A stretch of 64,000 bases of DNA, from positions 28,578 to 92,577 of the forward strand of contig CAZNPX010000006.1 of assembly GCA_964575175.1 (NCBI GenBank). Direction: 5' to 3'. Positions 19,672 to 27,756 of the stretch are shown one piece after another (position 1 is the stretch's first letter; the number at the start of each line of letters is the position of its first letter). The notes under the pieces were generated by a model. That model saw only the letters and a program-made list of their open reading frames with translations. It made no database searches and was not told the DNA's origin. The position numbers and the translations under genes are program-made. The stretch comes from an uncultured Hyphomicrobiales bacterium (GTDB lineage: Bacteria; Pseudomonadota; Alphaproteobacteria; Rhizobiales; Xanthobacteraceae).

Positions 19672-21144
19672 ATGTGGTCGGAAGTCACGCTGCCGCTATG
19701 GGTCGTCATCATCGCGGGGCTGCTGGCGGCGCTCGCATTCCTCGACCGGCTCCTGATCCCGAGCGTGCGCTGGGCGCTGCGGCGCCGGGCCAACCGGGCG
19801 ATCGGGGAGCTGAACACCCGGCTGCGGCTCCAGATCAAGCCCTTCAAGCTCACCAAGCGGCAGGTGCTCATGGACCGGCTGGTCTACGACCCCGAGGTGC
19901 TGCACGCGGTCGACGAATATGCGCGCGAGCAGAAGATCCCGCGCGAAGTGCTCATGGAAAAAGTGAAGCGCTATGCCGGCGAGATCGTGCCCTCGTTCTC
20001 GGCCTATGCCTATTTCCGGATCGGGACGCGGCTCGCGAAGCGGATTTCGGAAATGCTCTATCGCGTGCGTATCGGCATCCGCAACGAAGAGGCCTTCGCC
20101 AAGGTCGATCCGGACTCCTCGGTGGTCTTCGTCATCAATCACCGTTCCAACATGGACTACGTGCTCGTGACCTATGTCGCGGCGCAGTCTTCCGCGCTTT
20201 CTTATGCCGTCGGCGAATGGGCGCAGGTCTGGGGCCTGCGCAATCTCATCCGCTCCATGGGCGCCTATTTCATCCGCCGCGACTCGCGCGACGCGCTCTA
20301 CCGCAAGGTGCTTTCGCGCTACGTGCACATGGCGACCGCTTCCGGCGTGGTGCAGGCGATCTTTCCCGAAGGCGGCCTCTCCCGCGACGGCAAGCTGCGG
20401 CCGCCGAAATTCGGCCTGCTCAGCTACATGGTCGCCGCCTTCGATCCGAAGGGGCCGAAGGACGTCGTGTTCGTGCCGGTCGGCGTGAACTACGACCGCG
20501 TGCTCGAGGACCGCATGCTGACGGGCGCGGCCAGCACCGAGCCCGGCAAGAAGCCGGTCTTCGGCTTCAACCTGTTCGTGCTCCTGAAGCACTTCTTCCG
20601 CAGCATCGGGCTTGCGCTGCGCGGCAACTGGTATCGCTTCGGCTATACCTGCGTCAGTTTCGGCGAGCCGATCTCGCTCAAGCAATATGTCTCCGAGCAC
20701 AGGATCGATTTCCGCGACCTGCCGGAAAAGGAGCGCTTCGAGGCCGTCGAGCGGCTCGGCTCGACGCTGATGGATGCGGTCGGCAAGGTGGTGCCGGCGC
20801 TGCCGGTATCGCTGGTGGCGACCGCGCTCCTCGACGCGCATCCGGCGCCGCTTTCGCTGTTCGAGATCAAGAGCCGCGTGTCGCGGGTCATCGAGACGCT
20901 GGAAGCGTCGAAAGCCTATGTGCACATTCCGCGCTCGGATCGCGACTACGCCATCGAAGTCGGATTGCGGATGCTCAAGCTCCGCCGCATCGTGCACGAG
21001 AACGACGGCATCTATTCCGCCAATCCCGCCGATCTGCACATGCTGCGCTATTACGCGAACGCGATCGCGCATCTGCTGGCGGGGAGTGCTGCTTCGAACG
21101 CGCCCCTGCCCCACGCCGCCCTGCCGGCGGCGGCCGCCTCCTGA
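19672..21144 (+). CDS. PlsB-like glycerolipid acyltransferase
   Basis: 490-aa ORF with an N-terminal TM helix and the HX4D acyltransferase motif (VINHRSNMDYV). Confidence 0.75.
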   Translation: MWSEVTLPLWVVIIAGLLAALAFLDRLLIPSVRWALRRRANRAIGELNTRLRLQIKPFKLTKRQVLMDRLVYDPEVLHAVDEYAREQKIPREVLMEKVKRYAGEIVPSFSAYAYFRIGTRLAKRISEMLYRVRIGIRNEEAFAKVDPDSSVVFVINHRSNMDYVLVTYVAAQSSALSYAVGEWAQVWGLRNLIRSMGAYFIRRDSRDALYRKVLSRYVHMATASGVVQAIFPEGGLSRDGKLRPPKFGLLSYMVAAFDPKGPKDVVFVPVGVNYDRVLEDRMLTGAASTEPGKKPVFGFNLFVLLKHFFRSIGLALRGNWYRFGYTCVSFGEPISLKQYVSEHRIDFRDLPEKERFEAVERLGSTLMDAVGKVVPALPVSLVATALLDAHPAPLSLFEIKSRVSRVIETLEASKAYVHIPRSDRDYAIEVGLRMLKLRRIVHENDGIYSANPADLHMLRYYANAIAHLLAGSAASNAPLPHAALPAAAAS

Positions 21145-21224
21145 CATTATAAACAGGCGATAGATACGCGAATTCGCGCATACGCAGGGCGCAAAATACC
21201 CATGCGAAAAAGCGCTTGCCTTCT

Positions 21225-21248
21225 CGTTATATCCAGCTATACATAACG
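21225..21248. promoter_or_regulatory. ModE-type Mo-box 1: CGTTATAT-CCAGCTA-TACATAACG
   Basis: Exact match to the ModE operator consensus TATAT-N7-TAYAT, with CG-flanked inverted half-sites. Located in the AT-rich leader of the TonB receptor gene. Confidence 0.7.
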
Positions 21249-21412
21249 CATAACTCGATGGCGGGACCGGCTCTCTTCATCGAGTACTTACCCGGAGTGT
21301 CGCTTGGCGCGTGTCGTTGGCGGCTCCGGGTTATTTCCCGTTTCCCCCGTGCGAATCCCGGGACCAGTGCGACCAAATTGCGCGCCTGATCTGCGCTTTC
21401 CGCGCATGGACT

Positions 21413-21436
21413 CGTTATATCTAAAAATATATCACG
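21413..21436. promoter_or_regulatory. ModE-type Mo-box 2: CGTTATAT-CTAAAAA-TATATCACG
   Basis: Second exact TATAT-N7-TAYAT match, 107 bp upstream of the receptor ATG. Shares the 11-mer CTCGTTATATC with box 1. Confidence 0.7.
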
Positions 21437-21542
21437 ATACCATACCGGGCATTCGGGCTGGATGCCGGTGCGTGCGGCGTTGCCGTGCACGGAAAGACAA
21501 AACTTCGAAAAAAGCAGGACTTCACCTGCAAGCGGGGGCTCA

Positions 21543-23621
21543 ATGCGTTACACCTTAATCGCCGTGCTGCTGTCGACGACCGCCATCGCGAGCGCGCAGA
21601 CCGCCGCGGCACAAGGCCAGGTCTTCGATCTCGGCACCATCACCATCAGCGCGGGCGACCCCGACAGCACGGTTTCACCCACCGGCGTCGCGATCTCGAA
21701 CGAGCAGATCTATATCCGCAACGCGACCTCGCTGGATGCGGCGCTCGCCAATCTTCCGGGCGTCAACGCGACCATGGACAGCAACGGCCGCCGCAACGAG
21801 CGCGACATCTTCGTGCGCGGCTTCGGGCGCTGGCAGGTGCCGCTGACCATCGACGGCGTGCGCATCTACCTCCCCGCCGACAACCGGCTCGACTTCAACC
21901 GCTTCCCGACCGCGGACCTCTCCGAAATCCAGATCGAGAAGGGCTACGCCTCGGTGCTGAACGGCCCCGGCGGCATGGGCGGCTGGATCAACCTCGTCAC
22001 CCGCAAGCCGGTGAAGCCGCTCGAAGGCGAATTCATCGCGGGATTCAACGTCGACAACCGCGGCAGCTTCAACGGCTGGCAGAGCTACGGCCGCATCGGC
22101 ACCTTGCAGGAGCGCTTCTACCTGCAGGCGAGCTTCACCAGCAACGACCAGGATTTCTGGACGCTCTCGCGCAAGTACCGGCCCACGCCCACCAGCCTCG
22201 AGGACGGCAACCGGCGCATCAACTCGGATTCCGGAGACTGGCGGCTCAACCTGAAAGCCGGCTTCACTCCGAACGAGACCGACGAATACGTCTTCAATTA
22301 CGTCCGCCAGGAAGGCTTCAAGGGCGGGCCGCTGCACGTGCGCACCAACCCGCCGGTACCGCCGAACGGATTCTGGCGCTGGCCGCAATGGGACGTCCAG
22401 AACATCAGCTTCCTGTCGAACACCCGGATCGGCGAAGTCTCCTATGTGAAGACCAAGTTCTACTACAACACCTTCGACAACCTGCTGTCGGCCTTCGACA
22501 ACATCAACTACACGACGCAGAGCAACGCCGGGCGCTTCAACAGCTACTATAACGACAACGCCTATGGCGCGAGCGTCGAGGGCGGCACGCAGATCATCCC
22601 GCGCAACCTGCTGAAGGTCGCGGCGCACATCCGCTTCGACACGCACAAGGAATACAACGACAACCAGCCGACCAACCCGGGCGCGAGGAATATCGAGCCG
22701 GTGCAGGTGCAGCAGGAGCGCACCTGGTCGATCGCGGCGGAGAACACCTTCAACGTCAACAGCAACGTCGACTGGATCGTGGGCGTCAGCTACGACGAGA
22801 ACAAGCTGACCCGCGTCGAAGAATACAATTCCATCGTGGGCCTGTTCAGCTATCCCACCGGCGGCAGCGACGCCTTCAACTGGCAATCCATGCTGGTGTG
22901 GCGCTACACGCCGGCCGGACAGCTTCATGCCAGCATTTCCTCGCGCTCGCGCTTCCCGACGCTGTTCGAGCGCTTCAGCACGCGCTTCGGATCGGCGCTG
23001 CCGAACCCGGACCTCGGGCCGGAAAAGGCGATCAACTACGAGCTCGGCTGGAAATATCGCTTCAACCCCGAAACCCGGGTCGAGGCGGCGGTCTTCTACA
23101 GCGACGTGAAGGATTTCATCCAGTCGGTGCAACTGCCGACGCCGCCGAACCCGGCGAACACGACGCAGTTCCAGAACGTCGGCGACGGCCATTTCTACGG
23201 CTTCGAAATCTCCGGCCAGACGCGGCTGAACAGCCAGCTCACGCTGGGCGGCAACTACACCTTCATCCGCCGCGAGATCACCGATGTCGTAAACACCGCC
23301 TTCCGCCCGACCGGCGTGCCCACGCACAAGGCCTACGTCTATGTGAACTGGCAGGTGCTGCCGCAGCTCGAGATCATCCCGAGCCTCGAGATGGCGAGCG
23401 CACGCTGGACCGACGTGGTGCAGCAGCCCGCGGGCCCGGTCGGCATCTACAACCTGACCGGCTCCTATACGATGGCGAACCTCACGGCGCGGTACCGCAT
23501 CACGCAGAACCTCGACATCACCGCGGGCGTGCGCAACCTGCTCGACAAGCATTACGAGCTTGCGGACGGGCTGCCGGAGCCGGGACGGACCTTCTTCGCG
23601 AAGGCGCGGGCGACCTTCTAG
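21543..23621 (+). CDS. TonB-dependent outer-membrane receptor
   Basis: Start reset to ATG 21543 (signal peptide MRYTLIAVLLSTTAIASAQTAAAQ). Plug-domain motifs (IFVRGFG, IDGVRIY, IEKGYASVLNGPGGMGG). C-terminal ...TFFAKARATF beta-barrel terminus. Confidence 0.9.
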   Translation: MRYTLIAVLLSTTAIASAQTAAAQGQVFDLGTITISAGDPDSTVSPTGVAISNEQIYIRNATSLDAALANLPGVNATMDSNGRRNERDIFVRGFGRWQVPLTIDGVRIYLPADNRLDFNRFPTADLSEIQIEKGYASVLNGPGGMGGWINLVTRKPVKPLEGEFIAGFNVDNRGSFNGWQSYGRIGTLQERFYLQASFTSNDQDFWTLSRKYRPTPTSLEDGNRRINSDSGDWRLNLKAGFTPNETDEYVFNYVRQEGFKGGPLHVRTNPPVPPNGFWRWPQWDVQNISFLSNTRIGEVSYVKTKFYYNTFDNLLSAFDNINYTTQSNAGRFNSYYNDNAYGASVEGGTQIIPRNLLKVAAHIRFDTHKEYNDNQPTNPGARNIEPVQVQQERTWSIAAENTFNVNSNVDWIVGVSYDENKLTRVEEYNSIVGLFSYPTGGSDAFNWQSMLVWRYTPAGQLHASISSRSRFPTLFERFSTRFGSALPNPDLGPEKAINYELGWKYRFNPETRVEAAVFYSDVKDFIQSVQLPTPPNPANTTQFQNVGDGHFYGFEISGQTRLNSQLTLGGNYTFIRREITDVVNTAFRPTGVPTHKAYVYVNWQVLPQLEIIPSLEMASARWTDVVQQPAGPVGIYNLTGSYTMANLTARYRITQNLDITAGVRNLLDKHYELADGLPEPGRTFFAKARATF

Positions 23622-23627
23622 CCCGCG

Positions 23628-23999
23628 CTACTTGGAACGGCGCGCTGGAGCATTGCGCATGAGCAGATCCAGCGCGTCGCGGCTGCTTGCGGTCGCGCTT
23701 GCGGTCTTGGTTTCGATCTGGCGGTAGAGCTTCACGATCTCGCGGCCGGTATCGGTGAGCTGCGCGCCGCCGCCGTGGTCGCCGCCGGTTTCCGTCGAGA
23801 TGACCGGCTCGCGGAAGGTGTTGTTGAAAGCATCCACCAGCAGCCACGCCTTGCGGTACGACATGCCCATGCGCCGCGCGCCCGCGGAGATCGAGCCGGT
23901 TTCGGCGATCGCCTCCAAGAGCGCGACCTTGCCGGGGCCGACCCGCACGCCCGATTTCAGGTCGATGCGTATCGAGATGGTGTTTTCGCCTCTCGCCAT
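23628..23999 (-). CDS. ModE N-terminal-domain (winged-helix) regulator lacking Mop domains
   Basis: KVALLEAIAETGSISAGARRMGMSYRKAW...TGGDHGGGAQLTDTG aligns by eye with E. coli ModE RISLLKHIALSGSISQGAKDAGISYKSAW...TGGKGGGGAVLTRYG. The ORF ends after ~125 aa. ATG 23999 preferred over TTG 24023. Confidence 0.75.
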   Translation of the reverse strand: MARGENTISIRIDLKSGVRVGPGKVALLEAIAETGSISAGARRMGMSYRKAWLLVDAFNNTFREPVISTETGGDHGGGAQLTDTGREIVKLYRQIETKTASATASSRDALDLLMRNAPARRSK

Positions 24000-24038
24000 G
24001 GGATTCCGCCTGCCTGACTTCAACGCAACATTGTAACC

Positions 24039-25280
24039 TTACACGCCCTCGCCAAGCCAGCGCGCGGCGCCCTGCCCGGCGGCAACCCCGGTCGCGAAGG
24101 ATGCCTGCAAAAGATAGCCGCCGGTGGGCGCTTCCCAATCGAGCATTTCGCCAGCCGCGAACACGCCGGGAAGTTTCCTGAGCATGTAATTTCCGTCGAG
24201 TTCGCGCGGCACGATGCCGCCCGCGGTCGAGATCGCGTTTTCGATGGGCGCGATGCCGGTCAGCGTCAGCGGCAGGCGGTTGACGAGGGCGGCGAGCGCC
24301 GCGGCCGGAAGCTCCGCGAGCCGCGCGCCGTTCGCGGCCGCCCATTCCTGCAACAGCGCGATCGCGGCGGGCGAAAGATTAATCGCCTTGCGCAGGAAAT
24401 TCGAGAACGACTGCTTGCCGCGCGGCGCGGAAAGCCTTTCGGCCATCTGCGGCTCGGGAAGATCGGGCCGCAGGGCGACATGGAGGACGGCATTGCCGTT
24501 CGCCAGAATTTCCTCGCGCAATTTTCCCGACAGCGCATAGACCGCACCGCCCTCGAGGCCGTAGCGCGCGATCACCGCCTCGCCGCGCACCGTGGCATCG
24601 CCGCAGGAGAGCGCGATGCGCTTCAAGGGCGTGCCCGCGAAACGCGCGCGGAAGGTTTCCGACCAGCGGGTTTCGAAGCCGCAATTGGCGGGCCGCAGGG
24701 GCGAAAGCGCGATGCCGGCCGCGGCGAGAATGTTCGTCCAGGAGCCATCGGAGCCGAGCCGCGGCCAGCTCGCGCCGCCGAGCGCAAGCACGCTTGCGTC
24801 CGCGGTCACGCTCGCCCTTCCCTTCGGGGTGTCGAAGGCAAGCGCGCCGTCCGCGCTCCAGCCGAGCCAGCGGTGGCGGAACGCAAACGTCACGCCCATC
24901 GCGTCGAGCCGCCGCAGCCACGCGCGCAGCAAAGGCGACGCCTTGAACGCCTCGGGGAAAATGCGGCCGCTCGATCCCTCGAAGGTGTTCTGGCCGAGCG
25001 CCTCGCTCCATGCGCGCAGCGCCGCGGGCGGAAAATTTTCGATTGCCGGGCGCAACACGGCGGCGCGCGCGCCGTAGCGGCGCAGGAAATCCTCGAACGG
25101 CTCGCCGTGGGTGAGGTTGAGGCCGCCGCGCCCCGCGAGCAGAAACTTCCGTCCCGCGGAGGGCATGCGCTCATAGACGGTCACGCGGAATCCGGCTTTC
25201 GCGATTTCCTCGGCGGCGATCAGGCCGGCGGGACCGGCGCCGATCACGGCGGCTTCGCGCGCCACTTTGCTCGTATCCAT
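24039..25280 (-). CDS. HI0933/BaiN-like flavoprotein (TIGR03862-type)
   Basis: 413-aa ORF with N-terminus AAVIGAGPAGLIAAEE...RKFLLAGRGGLNLTH, typical of this flavoprotein family. Confidence 0.75.
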   Translation of the reverse strand: MDTSKVAREAAVIGAGPAGLIAAEEIAKAGFRVTVYERMPSAGRKFLLAGRGGLNLTHGEPFEDFLRRYGARAAVLRPAIENFPPAALRAWSEALGQNTFEGSSGRIFPEAFKASPLLRAWLRRLDAMGVTFAFRHRWLGWSADGALAFDTPKGRASVTADASVLALGGASWPRLGSDGSWTNILAAAGIALSPLRPANCGFETRWSETFRARFAGTPLKRIALSCGDATVRGEAVIARYGLEGGAVYALSGKLREEILANGNAVLHVALRPDLPEPQMAERLSAPRGKQSFSNFLRKAINLSPAAIALLQEWAAANGARLAELPAAALAALVNRLPLTLTGIAPIENAISTAGGIVPRELDGNYMLRKLPGVFAAGEMLDWEAPTGGYLLQASFATGVAAGQGAARWLGEGV

Positions 25281-25289
25281 GGCCCGGCT

Positions 25290-25574
25290 TTAGGGCACGG
25301 CGCTGAAAAGCGAAATACCCTCGCTCAGTTTCCGGCGCAGCTTGCGCGCGCGCTTCAGGAAATATTCGCGCCGCATCGCCTCGTTCCGGCTCTCGAAATA
25401 CTCGACATAAAGCAGCCGCCAGGCGCGGCCGCGCGTGGAGCGCGCGCCCTTGCCGGCATTGTGGCGGGCGAGGCGCCGGGCGATGTCGTTGGTCCAGCCT
25501 ACATAAGTGCGCACGCCATGCCGGTCCGCGCAGCCGAGCACATAGACGAAGGATCGCGAGGCGCTTTTCGTCAA
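25290..25574 (-). CDS. GIY-YIG nuclease superfamily protein
   Basis: SFVYVLGC...TYVGWTNDIARRLARHN...E matches the GIY-(X)n-YIG layout. Proposed TTG start 25574 forms a TTGA overlap with the NUDIX stop. Start is approximate. Confidence 0.65.
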   Translation of the reverse strand: MTKSASRSFVYVLGCADRHGVRTYVGWTNDIARRLARHNAGKGARSTRGRAWRLLYVEYFESRNEAMRREYFLKRARKLRRKLSEGISLFSAVP

Positions 25575-26002
25575 CGGAACCGCTTGGCGAAACTCTTGAT
25601 AATTTCGCGCAACTCCGGCTCCTGCACCTGCATTGCCGCTTCCTCGGGCGTGAACCATTGCGTCTCGCGCTGGCCCTGCTCGGGCCAGTGCGGCAACTGC
25701 TGCTCGACCTCGAGCGCGAAGGTATCCACCGTGCAGTTCAGGATCGAGCCGTCGCCGCGCTTCTTGTCGTAGCGATAGGTGCCGATCGGCCGCTCGCCGA
25801 TCTTGCCGACGAGGCCCGCCTCCTCCATCGCCTCGAGGGCCGCGAGGTTGTGCGGCTCGACGCCGAGGATGGGCCAGCCCTTGGGGATGATCCAGCGCCG
25901 CGTCTCGCGCGAGGTGACGAGCATGATCTCGACGGCACCCTTCCGGGTCCGCCGGTAAGGAAGGGCGGCGTATTGCTGGGGGTTTTCCGATTTCCGGCTC
26001 AT
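25571..26002 (-). CDS. NUDIX hydrolase
   Basis: Last 143 codons of a spurious 1134-aa ORF. Nudix-box-like GWPILGVEPHNLAALEAMEEAGLVG. ATG 26002 overlaps the PiT stop (ATGA). Confidence 0.8.
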   Translation of the reverse strand: MSRKSENPQQYAALPYRRTRKGAVEIMLVTSRETRRWIIPKGWPILGVEPHNLAALEAMEEAGLVGKIGERPIGTYRYDKKRGDGSILNCTVDTFALEVEQQLPHWPEQGQRETQWFTPEEAAMQVQEPELREIIKSFAKRFR

Positions 26003-27003
26003 GAGAACAGGCCGCTCGCCAGATAGAACAGCGAGGCGATGACGGCGGCCGCGGGCAGCGTGATGACCCAGGCCACGACGATGTTGCTGGCCACGTTCCA
26101 GCGCACGGCGGACACCTTCCGCGCCGCGCCGACGCCGATGATGGCGCCGGTGATGGTGTGGGTGGTCGAAACCGGAATGCCCATCCAGGTCGCGGCAAAC
26201 AGCGTGATCGCGCCGCCGGTCTCCGCGCAGCAGCCCTGCATCGGCGTGAGCCGCGTGATCTTCGAGCCCATCGTATGCACGATGCGCCAGCCGCCCATCA
26301 GCGTGCCCAGCCCCATGAAGAACTGGCAACTGATGACGACCCAGAACGGCACGTAAAACTCGCTGCCGAGATGCCCGGTCGAGAACAAAAGCACGGCGAT
26401 GATGCCCATGGTCTTCTGGGCGTCGTTGCCGCCGTGGCCCAGCGAATAGAGCGACGCCGAGATGAATTGCAGGCCGCGGAACGTGCTGTCCACGGAGCGC
26501 GGATTCGCGCGCACGAAAAGCCACGACACCAGCAGCACGAGCATCAGGGCGAGGAAGAAGCCGGTCATCGGCGACAGCACGATCGCGGCGGTGGTCTTGA
26601 GCAACCCGTACCAGACGATGGAGGCGCTGCCGGCCTTGGTCACGGCGGCGCCGAGCAGGCCGCCGATCAGCGCGTGCGAACTGCTCGACGGAATCCCGGC
26701 CCACCACGTAATCACGTTCCAGCTGATCGCGCCCATCAGCGCGCCGAAGATCACGCGCGCATCGACGATGCCGGCGGAGACGATGCCGGTGCCGATGGTG
26801 TTCGCGACGTGCAGGCCGAAGAACAGGAACGCGATGAAATTGAAGAAGGCCGCCCACATCACCGCGTATTTCGGGCGCAGCACGCGGGTCGAAACGATGG
26901 TCGCGATCGAATTCGCGGCATCGTGCAGCCCGTTCAGGAAATCGAACAGGAGCGCAATCGCGATCAGTGCGATCAGGATTTGCAGGCTGATGGATGCGTC
27001 CAT
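25999..27003 (-). CDS. inorganic phosphate transporter, PiT family
   Basis: 334-aa polytopic ORF with the duplicated PiT signature (GLHDAANSIAT / GHGGNDAQKTMG). Confidence 0.9.
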   Translation of the reverse strand: MDASISLQILIALIAIALLFDFLNGLHDAANSIATIVSTRVLRPKYAVMWAAFFNFIAFLFFGLHVANTIGTGIVSAGIVDARVIFGALMGAISWNVITWWAGIPSSSSHALIGGLLGAAVTKAGSASIVWYGLLKTTAAIVLSPMTGFFLALMLVLLVSWLFVRANPRSVDSTFRGLQFISASLYSLGHGGNDAQKTMGIIAVLLFSTGHLGSEFYVPFWVVISCQFFMGLGTLMGGWRIVHTMGSKITRLTPMQGCCAETGGAITLFAATWMGIPVSTTHTITGAIIGVGAARKVSAVRWNVASNIVVAWVITLPAAAVIASLFYLASGLFS

Positions 27004-27018
27004 TGCGGTACGCCGTGC

Positions 27019-27663
27019 TTACAGGTGATCGGTTACGAGCGCGCTGATTTCGTTCGCGACGTCTTCGAAACGGTCCACCACCTTTTCCAGATGATCGTAA
27101 ATTTCGCCGCCGATGATGAAGTTCATCGCGTTGCCGTTGCGGTTCGCGAGGAACAGCGCCTTGCGCCCGGCTTCGTGCAAATGGTCGGACTGCTCCTCGA
27201 TCTCGATGATCTGCTCGGTGATCCGGTGCAGCGCGGCGCTGTTCTTCCCGATATTGGCGAGCAGCGGCATCGCCTGCTGCACGAGCCTTGCCGCGACCGG
27301 CGCCATCGCCGCCATCTCCCGCATCTGCGGATCGAAATTCCTGACCTCGTAGAGCGCGATGAGCTTCGCGGTCTTGTTCATCTGGTCGATGGAATCGTCC
27401 ATCGAGCCGACGAGGTCCTGGATGTCGGTGCGGTCGAACGGGGTGATGAAGGTGCGACGCACCGCGGTCAGCACCTGCCGCGTGATCTCGTCGGCTTCGG
27501 CTTCGCGGTCGAAGATCACCTTGCAGTAATGCTCGATCCTGTCGCCGCCCTGAAACAGCCCCTCGAGCGCTTCGGCGCCGGCAAGGACAACATCGGCGTG
27601 ACGGGAAAAGAACTCGAAAAAGCGCTCTTCCTTCGGCATCAGTGCCTGAAACCAGCCGAGCAT
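27019..27663 (-). CDS. DUF47 (PhoU-like) phosphate transport regulator-related protein
   Basis: 214-aa helical ORF immediately upstream of PiT, the usual DUF47-PiT pairing. Confidence 0.8.
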   Translation of the reverse strand: MLGWFQALMPKEERFFEFFSRHADVVLAGAEALEGLFQGGDRIEHYCKVIFDREAEADEITRQVLTAVRRTFITPFDRTDIQDLVGSMDDSIDQMNKTAKLIALYEVRNFDPQMREMAAMAPVAARLVQQAMPLLANIGKNSAALHRITEQIIEIEEQSDHLHEAGRKALFLANRNGNAMNFIIGGEIYDHLEKVVDRFEDVANEISALVTDHL

Positions 27664-27756
27664 TGTCTTTCCGCCTTGCAGAGAATCGGTTGCAGCATTT
27701 TACCGGATTGCGACGGCGCGCGAGAAACCGCGCCCCGGAACTCCCGGCGCAGCCGG

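Noticed and set aside
21167-21178. Perfect 12-nt palindrome CGCGAATTCGCG just after the acyltransferase stop
   Set aside because: It is short and has no U-tract and no second copy. Most likely it is an incidental hairpin or weak transcript-end structure, not a regulatory site I can support.
21145-21542. Cobalamin or TPP riboswitch in the long leader of the TonB-dependent receptor
   Set aside because: I could find neither a B12-box-like core nor the CUGAGA/ACCUGA TPP elements. The leader is better explained by the two ModE Mo-boxes. The structured part is kept only as a low-interest finding.
27676-27695. Direct repeat TTGCAG...TTGCAG upstream of the DUF47-PiT operon as a possible Pho box
   Set aside because: The repeat period is 14 nt rather than the 11-nt spacing of PhoB half-sites, and the hexamer does not resemble the CTGTCAT-type consensus.
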